This document shows positions 1-10,300 of a DNA stretch of 64,000 nt, in pieces. Origin of the DNA: an uncultured bacterium (GTDB taxonomy: Bacteria > Fidelibacterota > Marinisomatia > Marinisomatales > UBA1611); the NCBI GenBank assembly GCA_943788175.1, contig CALSPG010000007.1, forward strand, positions 288,001 to 352,000, read 5' to 3'. Every line of letters begins with the position of its first letter. Position 1 is the stretch's first letter. The translations under genes were made by a program, and so were the position numbers. The notes beneath the pieces are model-generated. The model ran no database searches. It was not told where the DNA came from and was given only the letters and a program-made list of their open reading frames with translations.

Positions 1-1
1 C

Positions 2-1171
2 TCGATTTTTGTTAGAAGAGTATCAAGGAAAGAAAATTCAAAAAAATCTATGCCTTGTTTGATCTTCTTTCAAGGCGGGCCAGGATATGAGTCCCCTAGG
101 CCATTATCAGATTCTGGCTGGATTAAAACAGCGAGTGAGGTATACGATGTCATTTTAATTGATCAAAGAGGTACCGGACTCAGCTCGCCAATATCATCAG
201 AATCTGTATTAAACATGAGTGATAATGATCTAGCAAAATACCTTACATTATTTAGAGCTGATAATATCATAAAAGACGCCGAATTGTTTCGGAAAAAATT
301 AATTGGCAATAAAAAATGGTCCGTTCTAGGGCAAAGTTTTGGAGGGTTTTGTGCAATGACTTATTTGTCTTTTTACCCTGAAAGCCTGGAAAAAGTATTT
401 ATTACTGGAGGAATTCCTCCATTAAAAGCTCATCCTGACGATATATATCGTGCTACATATCAAAGGGTTTTGAATAAAAATAAACAGTTTTATAAATTAT
501 TTCCTAACGCCAGATTAAATGCAAAAAGAATAGGAGATTATTTAGATAAAAATAATGTCCAATTACCGAATGGTGATATATTATCGGTTAAGAGGTTTCA
601 ACAATTAGGTTTAAACCTTGGGTTTAGCGATGGAATGGCGACACTTAATTTTCTTTTTGAAAGAGCATTCGTCAACGATAAGCTTTCTCATTATTTTTTA
701 AAACAAGTATTAATGATGCAAACATTTGATACAAACCCATTGTTTACAATTCTTCATGAGGCTTGTTATGCTCAAGGCTTTTCTACAGAATGGTCCGCAC
801 AGCGTATTTTAAATGAATATTCTGAATTTGATTATAAAGAAAATGCAGAGTTCTTTTTTACCGGTGAAATGTTGTATCCCTGGATGCTCGATGATTATAG
901 CTCGTTAAAACCGTTTAAAAAAGCAGCAAATATTATTGCTCATAAAAAAGATTGGCCAGTATTATATAAAGAGGATGTGTTAAGACAGAACAAAGTACCA
1001 GTAGCTGCGGCAGTATATACAAACGATATGTATGTAGATAGAGGGTTTTCTATAAAACTTGCAGAAAAGATTCCAAATATGAATATATGGGAGACAAATT
1101 TATATGAGCATAATGCACTACGTAGCAATGGGAAAAAGGTATTAGATTTACTTTTTAAGCGGATATCATAA
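2..1171 (+). CDS. Proline iminopeptidase-like alpha/beta hydrolase, 5'-truncated by the window
   Basis: QGGPG oxyanion motif, DQRGTG, GQSFGG nucleophile elbow, D-M-Y-V and EHN catalytic Asp/His region; the frame is open from base 2 (SIFVRRVSRKENSKKSM...), so the true start lies upstream. Confidence 0.85.
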   Translation, partial: SIFVRRVSRKENSKKSMPCLIFFQGGPGYESPRPLSDSGWIKTASEVYDVILIDQRGTGLSSPISSESVLNMSDNDLAKYLTLFRADNIIKDAELFRKKLIGNKKWSVLGQSFGGFCAMTYLSFYPESLEKVFITGGIPPLKAHPDDIYRATYQRVLNKNKQFYKLFPNARLNAKRIGDYLDKNNVQLPNGDILSVKRFQQLGLNLGFSDGMATLNFLFERAFVNDKLSHYFLKQVLMMQTFDTNPLFTILHEACYAQGFSTEWSAQRILNEYSEFDYKENAEFFFTGEMLYPWMLDDYSSLKPFKKAANIIAHKKDWPVLYKEDVLRQNKVPVAAAVYTNDMYVDRGFSIKLAEKIPNMNIWETNLYEHNALRSNGKKVLDLLFKRIS

Positions 1172-1205
1172 GTAATATTTATAAAGCCTGAGGTAAGTAC
1201 TCAAA

Positions 1206-2189
1206 ATGTTTAGTTATAAACAAAATTTATTAATAGCCAGTCTATGGTTTACCATATTATTAGTTGGTTGTTCATCAATCGGCACTCATCAATATCCAGA
1301 TGTGATTTATAATCATAGGCAACCTTTGGTTTCAGTTTCCTATGAATATGGAGAAATAGATATTCAAATACCTTTAGTCTTTCCAGGGATTGTTCCTGAA
1401 CAATTATCTTTTCAAGTTTATGCGAGAGGGGATAGTATAAATCCTCTTATTACGATTAAAAGTAACGCTACTGATTTAGTTAGAATTTTTCTCCCTCAAG
1501 GAGTTTTAGATATAGAAGAGAATAATAATTTTATTTTAATCAAGCCACATCATCCTGATTTTGTTAGTAAAAAAGTGATGTTTAAAGGTATAAATTATGG
1601 AAAAGTTACTCTAGACCCAGTGCATATTGTTCAACAGCCATTAACTATAGCAGGAATGGTTTCAAATACGCTTACTGAAGAGGTACTAAATAACATTGAT
1701 GTGTCATTATTTCTAAAAAATGATTTATTGCAAAAAGTTTTCTCTAATGAGAATGGAGAATATACTCTCACCATTTCAGGTGAATATAAAAACCAAGGTT
1801 TTCTTAGAATAGTTGCAGGAGAAAAATTAATTTTTTCACCTTTTCGTCAAGATGTTAGCTTTGAAAAATCGAAAAGTTTAAAAGTCAATATTGGGTTAGG
1901 TCCAAGTCAAGATTTAGCAGACTTAGGGAACCTTTACATAACAAATAAATCCAATGTGCACTTTAGAGATAAGCCTCATATTGGTGGAACTACACTTTTT
2001 TTACTTCCAAAAGGTGAGCCTGTAGCAGTGGAGCAAATTTCTAAGGGTCTCTATTACGGCACAATAGAAATTTTAGTTTCTTCTGGAAAAAGAGTCAAAT
2101 TAAGTGGTTGGCTTGAAAGGCAATTCACAGATCTTTTGTTTTTTGATAATATTTTCAAAGATGAAAAAGTTTATGAGCAAACACTTTAA
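1206..2189 (+). CDS. Hypothetical lipoprotein with a carboxypeptidase-regulatory-like (beta-sandwich) domain and a C-terminal SH3-like domain
   Basis: Lipobox LLVG-C; 'TIAGMVSN...SNENGEYTL' pattern; 'NVHFRDKPHIGG...LPKGEPV...SGW' resembles bacterial SH3. Confidence 0.55.
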   Translation: MFSYKQNLLIASLWFTILLVGCSSIGTHQYPDVIYNHRQPLVSVSYEYGEIDIQIPLVFPGIVPEQLSFQVYARGDSINPLITIKSNATDLVRIFLPQGVLDIEENNNFILIKPHHPDFVSKKVMFKGINYGKVTLDPVHIVQQPLTIAGMVSNTLTEEVLNNIDVSLFLKNDLLQKVFSNENGEYTLTISGEYKNQGFLRIVAGEKLIFSPFRQDVSFEKSKSLKVNIGLGPSQDLADLGNLYITNKSNVHFRDKPHIGGTTLFLLPKGEPVAVEQISKGLYYGTIEILVSSGKRVKLSGWLERQFTDLLFFDNIFKDEKVYEQTL

Positions 2190-2841
2190 TATAACTTTAT
2201 TTATAGTTGTGGCCTTAGGCCAATTATTTGCTCAGACTGGACCTGACTCAAAACTGGTTAAAGAAAATGTCAAAACTAAAATAGACTCGCTAGAATATTT
2301 AAATTTAATTAATGACACTACTAAAACATCATTTTTATTAACAGAAGATAAAAAAACTTTTTCTTCTTCAGAAAAAAAACCAGTAATTAAAAAAAATAAA
2401 TTTCAACCAACAAATGTTGAATTAAATATAAATACCATACCTGAAAACGTTGAAGTTTATCTAGATGGAAAATTGATTGGAAAGACGCCAATTTCTGGTG
2501 AAAAGATATTATCTGGTAATCACACATTTGATATTCAAAAAAATGGCTTTGCTCCGATATCATACGATTTAAATGTAAATGCTTCAAAGTCTGTGAATTT
2601 AGATTTTTTTTTAAACCCTGTTTATAACATAAAATTTAAAACTAATGAGCCCGGTTTAATTTTTGAATTGAACGATAATCATAGGTGGACTGAAGATATG
2701 ATAAAAATGCAATTAGAGGCAGGTGGTCATCGGTTGCGAGTCTACAGATTAGGAGAAATAATTGATGAGCAAATAATTGTTGCTGATCAGCCACTTACTT
2801 TTCAATATTATCTAAAAAAAGGAATGGTTATAAAACCTTGA
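2173..2841 (+). CDS. PEGA domain-containing exported protein
   Basis: 'INTIPENVEVYLDGKLIGKTP...GNHTFDIQKNGF' is a typical PEGA repeat; a signal peptide follows ATG 2173 (MSKHFNITLFIVVALGQLFA|Q). The ORF-track start at 2104 is probably too early. Confidence 0.75.
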   Translation: MSKHFNITLFIVVALGQLFAQTGPDSKLVKENVKTKIDSLEYLNLINDTTKTSFLLTEDKKTFSSSEKKPVIKKNKFQPTNVELNINTIPENVEVYLDGKLIGKTPISGEKILSGNHTFDIQKNGFAPISYDLNVNASKSVNLDFFLNPVYNIKFKTNEPGLIFELNDNHRWTEDMIKMQLEAGGHRLRVYRLGEIIDEQIIVADQPLTFQYYLKKGMVIKP

Positions 2842-2849
2842 TTAATTAA

Positions 2850-3743
2850 ATGAAAGTTTATTTAGTACCTATTTTATTTTTTGGATTAATTCAAGCAAAA
2901 ACTGAATCACCTTCCATTCTTATTTTAAATGAATACGATAGTAAAGTTGTTGATGGATCGATTTCAAATTATTTTCCAAGTAAAAACTTTATTAATAGTG
3001 AAGATACTTCTCCATTCTTAGGTTCATTAGATAGCTTGGTAAACCCAGCTTCTGGAAGGATGTCGTTGATTAGAAAACTTGGTTCAGACTTTGATGTTGA
3101 TTATATACTATTTCATCAAATAGAAAGTGACAATAATAGATTCCTATTAGAAGGTCAAATGTTTAATACCAGGTCTGGCGGTCTAATAAAGCGAAGGGTA
3201 GTTGATGTTACTAGTTATTATAAAGGTAAGATTAATGAATTGAAGCTTTGGGTCGGTGATGCTCTTCGAGAGGTAGATAAAGATTGGGTAAATCAGAGAA
3301 AATCAATTTTATATAATGAGCCATCTGAAATAATCCAAGACAAAACTCCAGAGGGAGCAATGGCTAGGTCTTTACTTTTGCCTGGCTGGGGTCAATTTTA
3401 TTCTGATGCGTATAATTCAGGTGTAGCAATTTCAAGTTTAGAATCAATATTACTTACATCTGTATTGGTAAGCTATCTGAGCTATAATAAGTCTGTTAAA
3501 AATTTTAAGACCTACTCAAAGTTGTATGAAGAATCATCTGAACAAGTAGAGTTTGACGAATACCGATCTTTATCTAACCGTGAATGGGAAAAACATAAGC
3601 AATATAATTCTGCTTTAATATATACGAGTATTGCCTCAGGCTCATTATGGTTTGCTAACGGGATTCATGCATACATTGTTGGGCCAAGGCCTAAAAAAGA
3701 TATTATTCAAAAATGGAATGCTAAAGTTCCTTCAGCTAATTAA
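2850..3743 (+). CDS. Exported protein: TolB_N/CsgG-like N-terminal domain plus DUF5683-like C-terminal membrane domain
   Basis: Signal peptide; 'RKLGSDFDVDYIL...MFNTRSG' pattern; 'AMARSLLLPGWGQFY' motif followed by hydrophobic helices. Confidence 0.55.
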   Translation: MKVYLVPILFFGLIQAKTESPSILILNEYDSKVVDGSISNYFPSKNFINSEDTSPFLGSLDSLVNPASGRMSLIRKLGSDFDVDYILFHQIESDNNRFLLEGQMFNTRSGGLIKRRVVDVTSYYKGKINELKLWVGDALREVDKDWVNQRKSILYNEPSEIIQDKTPEGAMARSLLLPGWGQFYSDAYNSGVAISSLESILLTSVLVSYLSYNKSVKNFKTYSKLYEESSEQVEFDEYRSLSNREWEKHKQYNSALIYTSIASGSLWFANGIHAYIVGPRPKKDIIQKWNAKVPSAN

Positions 3744-3752
3744 TAACTTAAG

Positions 3753-4313
3753 TTGCGTTTAGTTTCTATATTCCTAATTACGGTCTTCCTCTCAAATTGC
3801 ACTGTTTATGATAATAATCTTGATAACCCTAATGATAATGAAGCTAATGAAGAGCTAGGTGTTTTTCCTCCATCAGTAGTATTCTTTCCAAAAGAACAAA
3901 CCAAAACAGTTTCTGATACAGTTTCAGTAGGTGCCTATGCAGTTTTCTCGGATACTTCGATTGTGCCTTTTTCAGGCGCACATTTAAACATTAAATATGA
4001 TAATTCTTTATTAGAAATCGATTCTATCGCTCCAGGTTGGATAGGTCCGGGAAGTATAACGGACTCTAATAAAACAACACCTTTATTTACATACGTCGAA
4101 GATCAAGGCATCTTAGATATATATGCATATTATCTAAGTACATCTGATATCTCTATTGATAGTTTGACACACATTGCTGAAATTTGGTTTAAACCTAAAT
4201 CAGTTGGTTCAAGTATTGTTAGTTATGATACTTCTGAGTGCCAATTGATCAAGTTTGATGAAACTATTATTCCAATTAATGGAACAAGGGAAGCATCAAT
4301 AATCATTCAGTAA
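3753..4313 (+). CDS. Cohesin-like domain lipoprotein
   Basis: TTG start, lipobox FLSN-C, acidic linker, then 'FSGAHLNIKYDNSLLEIDSI' and 'IAEIWFKPKSVGSSIVSY', matching the cohesin beta-sandwich pattern; stop overlaps the next start (TAATG). Confidence 0.6.
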   Translation: MRLVSIFLITVFLSNCTVYDNNLDNPNDNEANEELGVFPPSVVFFPKEQTKTVSDTVSVGAYAVFSDTSIVPFSGAHLNIKYDNSLLEIDSIAPGWIGPGSITDSNKTTPLFTYVEDQGILDIYAYYLSTSDISIDSLTHIAEIWFKPKSVGSSIVSYDTSECQLIKFDETIIPINGTREASIIIQ

Positions 4314-7300
4314 TGAAAAAATATAGTTTTTTATTTTTATTATTCAGCTTTATACAAGCAGATATACTTTTTACTGAAACTTTTGATAATAGCGGAACTT
4401 GGCCAACAGATTGGTCATTTGATCAATATATTAATCCTGAAACAGGCGAGGTCCACACATCTTTTGGTCAGCATAATTGGAGAATCGACAATTCATTCCA
4501 GTCTGACCCTGGATTCACACCTCCAGCAGCCGTATTTTATTATTTTCCTCGTGTTCCACTACCAAGTGATGTTTCCATAGGCGATATTCACCCAGCTGAA
4601 TCTGGTAATGACCCGCAATCAGAACTTGAGACTTCATATGAATTAAGTATGCAAAGTCCTGATATAGATGTTGGTGATAATAATGCTGTTCTGGTTGAAT
4701 TTACGATTGCTTTAGACTACTGGGATAATCCTACAGCTCATATAAATGGGATGGTCATTGAAGCTGATGGTGGTAATGGCTGGTCAGAAATGTTGAAATA
4801 TGAAGTTGGCGGGGTGGGCGCGGGTGATGATTTTGATGCTAGTTTAAGGACTGAAACATTTGTTGTCTCTACAGAAACGGGTACTCTAAAACTAAGATGG
4901 AAGGCATACGGAACAGATTCATATTTTATTGATGCTTGGATAATTGACAATCTAAAAGTCATCACATTACCAAAATTGTCTTATGTTCATATAGAATCAG
5001 ATAACACAACTGATAATCAATCGGCAGTTGAAGGCGACAATGTAACGCTATCGTTTACAAGCGAACAAAGTCTTTTAACCTTACCATATGTTCAAATAAA
5101 TGGTTTTGAAACAACAGTTATACCTCAGGGCGGAAATTCTTATATAGCTTCTTATATTGTTAGTATTGCAGATGCTGATGGGCCATTAACATTTTCCATT
5201 GATTTTACTGCCTTAGATGGTGGTATTGATGGGGCTACTGTTAAAACCACTACAGAAAATAGTAGAGTAACGATTGATAGGACTCCGCCACCTCCTTTTA
5301 ATGTTGGAGACATAATAACTACTCAGGGTGGGAATGTATTTTCAGGGAAGTGGAATAGTACTAATACAGGTATGGAAATTGATGTTACAGTGCCTGAGGA
5401 CTCTGCCGTCGTCGATTTTAATTATTTTCAAGGTAACTCAATTTCTTTTGATGGTTTGGATGACCGTGTAGTTATAAGTGGAAACTCAATTTATAAATTT
5501 TCAGATCAATTTACGATTGAGTTGTGGGTTAAGCCGAACAGTACTGATTCAGATAATTATAGAGGACTTATTAGTTTTGGTGAAGATGGCAGTAATCAAT
5601 TTGGATATGGTTTTGCTTATTACGCAACAGGGTGGAGGTTCTTTATCAAAACGCAATCTAATTCTGTTTCCCAATGGACGAGTCTTCCTTATGCATCAGC
5701 TCCCTCTGGGCAATGGACTCATTTAGCCGCTTCTTATGATGGAACAAAGTTAACATTATATAAAAATGGTTCGGTGGCTGATGAAAAAGTAGTATCTGGT
5801 CAAATCGCATGGACCGCTAATTCTGGTGATCTTTACATTGGCTCTTTTAATAAAGCTGGGACTGATTATTTTTTTAATGGGAACATAGATGAAGTTCGTC
5901 TCTGGGATACTGTTAGAACTGGTTTGCAGATAAAAGGAAACAAAGGTATTACACTTGAAGGGAATGAAAACGGGCTGGTTAGCTATTGGAAAGCTGATGA
6001 GTCAGCAGGGACTGTTTTAAATGATTTAACTTCAAATCAGATAAATGGGAACTTAAATGGTTCTTCTTTTGCAACTTTAAACTCGCCTATAAATTTTTCA
6101 ACACCGATCTATGACAATACTGTTATAATTGGATCAAAGTACCAGCTAAGAGCAAAAATAGGTTCGAATTCTTTTGAACTTTTTGATGATTTACAAGAAG
6201 TCACTTTAACTGATTTTAATTCTGGTCAAAAAATTATTAATGGATTATCTATTAATTTTTCCAATGTCACTGGTTATCAGCACAGTGAGACTGCTCAAAT
6301 ATCTGCATTGTTATATGATCAGTCAGGAAATCAATCTTTGGGTGATACTAGTGTTATGGTGCTAGAAATTGACTTGATTGCAAATAATCCAACTTCCACT
6401 AATATTACTTCAAACAACACTAATTCATCTTATGCTAAAACTGATGATATAATAACAATAACCATGGCTTATGATGAAGATATAGCTTCTACTTCAACAG
6501 CTATTGAAAGTAATAATGCTGCAGATACAGACCTTGGTAGTGAACAGTTTAAAGCAGATTACACACTTGTTGGCACTGAGCCAGAAGGAGTACTTAACTT
6601 TACCATAGACGCTTTAGATTATATGGGCAACCCTGGAAACTATAGTCTAACCACAGATGGATCTCAGGTTATTTACGATAAGACTCTTCCTGAACTTACA
6701 TATGTAAATATTTCTTCAAATAACGCAGATACTTCATGGGCAAAAGTGAATGACTCTATTAGCTTAACATTTATATCAAATGAGAAAATATCTTTACCGA
6801 ATGTCTTTATTTTAGGTCAAGTAGCTAGTGTAGTTGATTTCCAAAATAATAAATTTAAAGCAATTTATGTTCCTACAGATTCTGATATCGAAGGATTAGC
6901 CACTTTTGAGATACAATTCTCAGACTTAGCAGGAAATGATGGAACCCCTATAACTAATTCCATAAATAATACAAAAGTAACATTCGATAAAACTAATCCA
7001 GCTGATTTTATAGTTGGCTTATTAACGCCTACGGGTGGAAATCAGGTAGCAGAAATTTGGAACCTTACAAATACTGGGATAGATATTATTGTTCCGGTTT
7101 CTAATGACACTACATTAAAAAATGGAACGGTTCAGCTTTACGCTAAAATTGCTTCTAATGTTTTTACGCCTCTCGGTGATATTTCAACAATATTATCTAG
7201 CGAAATAAATACAGATAAAACTATTTCTATACCAGGTAATTTAATTGAAGGATTAACCGGTTTTGTTGAAATGCAAACAATCTATATTAAGGCGATAATG

Positions 7301-10300
7301 CACGATCGTCCTGGGAATAGTACTGAAGGTTCACAAAGTATTACGGAAATTTTAATTGATGAAACACCAGCAAACATTTCCCCAATTTCTATAATATCAA
7401 ATAATAACAATACTTCTTTAGCAAAAATTGGGGATTCGGTTACCGTTTCATTTAGTACTTCTGAGGCACTAATTGATACTGTAGTAAAAATTGAAGATCA
7501 GTTATCTATTGTTAGTGGATTAGGTAGTAATCAATTCGCAGGTGTTTTTGAGATGATTGATGCTAATTCTGAGGGGGTCATTCCATTTGAAATTTCTTTT
7601 ATTGATGTTCAAGGTAATCCATTCACAATTTCAGATTCAACTACAGATGGTACGCAAGTAATTTTTGATAAAACAAAACCAACACTAAACCCAGTTTCAA
7701 TTATTTCAGATAATTCATGCTCATCAGGGTCTATTGCAAAATCTGGAAATATTGTTAGTATAAGCTATACTGCAAGTGAGAGTATACTTTCTTCTTTTGC
7801 TACAGTTATGGGAGACACTGTATCAATTTCTGACCTCGGATCTTCTCAATTTAAAATAGATTATCAGCTTAACGATTCAAATATCGAGGGGTTAGTTGAG
7901 TTTAATATTAAAGTTACAGACTTAGCAGGGAATATTAGCGAAGATGTTATTTCTACTTCAGATGGTTCTGGTGTGGATCTTGATTTGACTTTGCCAGTTT
8001 TAGACTATGTGCATATAGAATCTAATAATAGCTATTCATCAATTGCTGTTTTAGGAGACTTAGTGACACTTACTTTTGAGCCTTCTGAACCTCTATCTTC
8101 GACCACGACTACGATGGCAAACACTACAGTAACAGCATCAGAAAATAACGGTAGTTATTCTGCTACATATATAATACAAGATTCAGATATGCTCTCGGGA
8201 GGATTTTTACCATTCACAGTTAACTTTAATGATTGTCCTGGTAATGCTGGAATAGTAGATAGTACAACATCTGATGAAAGCTTTGTTAGTATTGATATTG
8301 GTCCACCAGAAATGGTATCCGTTAAGATATTTTCTTCAAATCAAGATTCATCTTGGTCTAAAATAGGCGACAGTGTTTTTGTTTTTTTTGTAGTTAATGA
8401 ACCTTTAAAAATAGTTGGTTTCCCTTCAGATGCCATCCCTCCATATTCATCCTTAAAAATAGGCGAAAACTCTGTCGAAATAATTAATGTTGAAAATACT
8501 AGCTATCAAGGCTTTTATATAATGACTGAACCTGATAATGAAGGACAAGTGCCTTTAGAGGTTTCATTTTATGATCTTGGTAGTCAAGCTGGAAATGATG
8601 GCACTCCAATTCAAGCTACAACGAATAATAGTAAAGTTATATTTGATAAAACTAGTCCTACAATAACCCAAGCTACATTTACCACAAACAATACTTATGG
8701 CGATTCGCTTGCAAAAATAAATGATATTGGTTCCATAAATTTTTCATTAAATGAAAACTTAAGATCTGTTTTGACTCAATTAGATAGTGATAGTATTTCA
8801 ATGAATGGAGGAAATCAAAATTTTTCATATAATTATACTTTCTCTGATTCAAATCAGAATGGCTATATTGCTTTGAGCATGCTAGCAATTGATTCTGCTG
8901 GAAATCAATCAGATACAATAATTAATAGAGTTTATTTTGATAAAACAGCTCCTCAATTATCTTCTATTTTAGAAGGCTCAATAATTGAAGATAAAGTATA
9001 TTCGAGGTTCGGAGACTCACTTCAACTCGCTTGGTCAAAAGTAGAGTTAGAATCTGGAATTAAAAGATCATATATCGGACTCGGGTCAGATTCGGGATTA
9101 GTTGATATTGTTAATTGGATTATATCAAGCAATGAGGATCAAGGGTCTCTTACAGCACTAAACCTTGATAATAATTCTAAATATTTTGGAGCTATTTTTC
9201 TTGAAGATAATGTTGGAAATATATCTAATTCAATCTGGGGTGATGGTATAACAATAGATCTTGAAGTGCCAAATGTTGGAAGTGTTTGGGATGGTTTTTT
9301 AGATGAGGATATTGATTACACGGCAGATTCTAACCAATTATTTGTCAGATGGAAAGATTTTACTGATAATCAATCCATTGATTTCTATGAAGCAGCAATT
9401 GGCTCAAATAATGATACCATTAACATTGCAAGTTGGCAAAAATCAACTTCTGTTGATAATATTCAAATCGTAGGGCTGAATTTAGAAAGGGGAGTAAAAT
9501 ATTTCTCATATTTGCGAGCAGTTGATTCCGCTTCAAATATATCCTCAATACTGAAAAGTGATGGTCTGGAATTTGATAATACGCCACCAAATATTAAATC
9601 AATTTATCCATTATTTGACTCCTTACAAGTATTATCGGTATTAAATAATGATGAAATTAAAATCAATTTTAATAAGCCTATTTTAAAATTTGGATTTACA
9701 GTAAGTGCTTCTCAAGATTCTAATCTTAATTATTCTACAGTCATACAAGATTCTGGAATCATTATCTCAATACTTGATATCCTTCCAAGTTACGAGACTA
9801 TAACAGTGAATTTAGATACAGCCATTGCATTTAATTTATTGAATTATACGGATACAATGGTATTTAGAAGCAAGCTATGGGGAGATTTAAATGATGATTA
9901 CAAAATTTCGGTCGAAGATATTTTATCGTTCAATCAAAACTGGCCTAAGGTAAATACTGATTTAGGCCCTGTAAGTGGAATGGCGCCATATTTATTCCCG
10001 TCACCTGATGGGATATCAGATTTAAAAGACTTAGCTGCCTTTGGAAAAATGTGGGTTTGGTATTATCATGAGTATAATCAGGACTCACTTTTATCTTCAA
10101 ATATTTCATATAATTATGACATTCATACAGAATGGGAAAAAAACTATTTAAAATTAGTAGTGCCTGAAAATACTTATGGTGCTGAATTAGTATTTTTTAA
10201 TTCAAATTTTAAAGTTAAAGACTTCCACATCAATAATTTAAAAAATGGTTCTTTTCATTTTGCCGTTTCTGATACTGATAGAAATTTAATAAGTTTTGTG

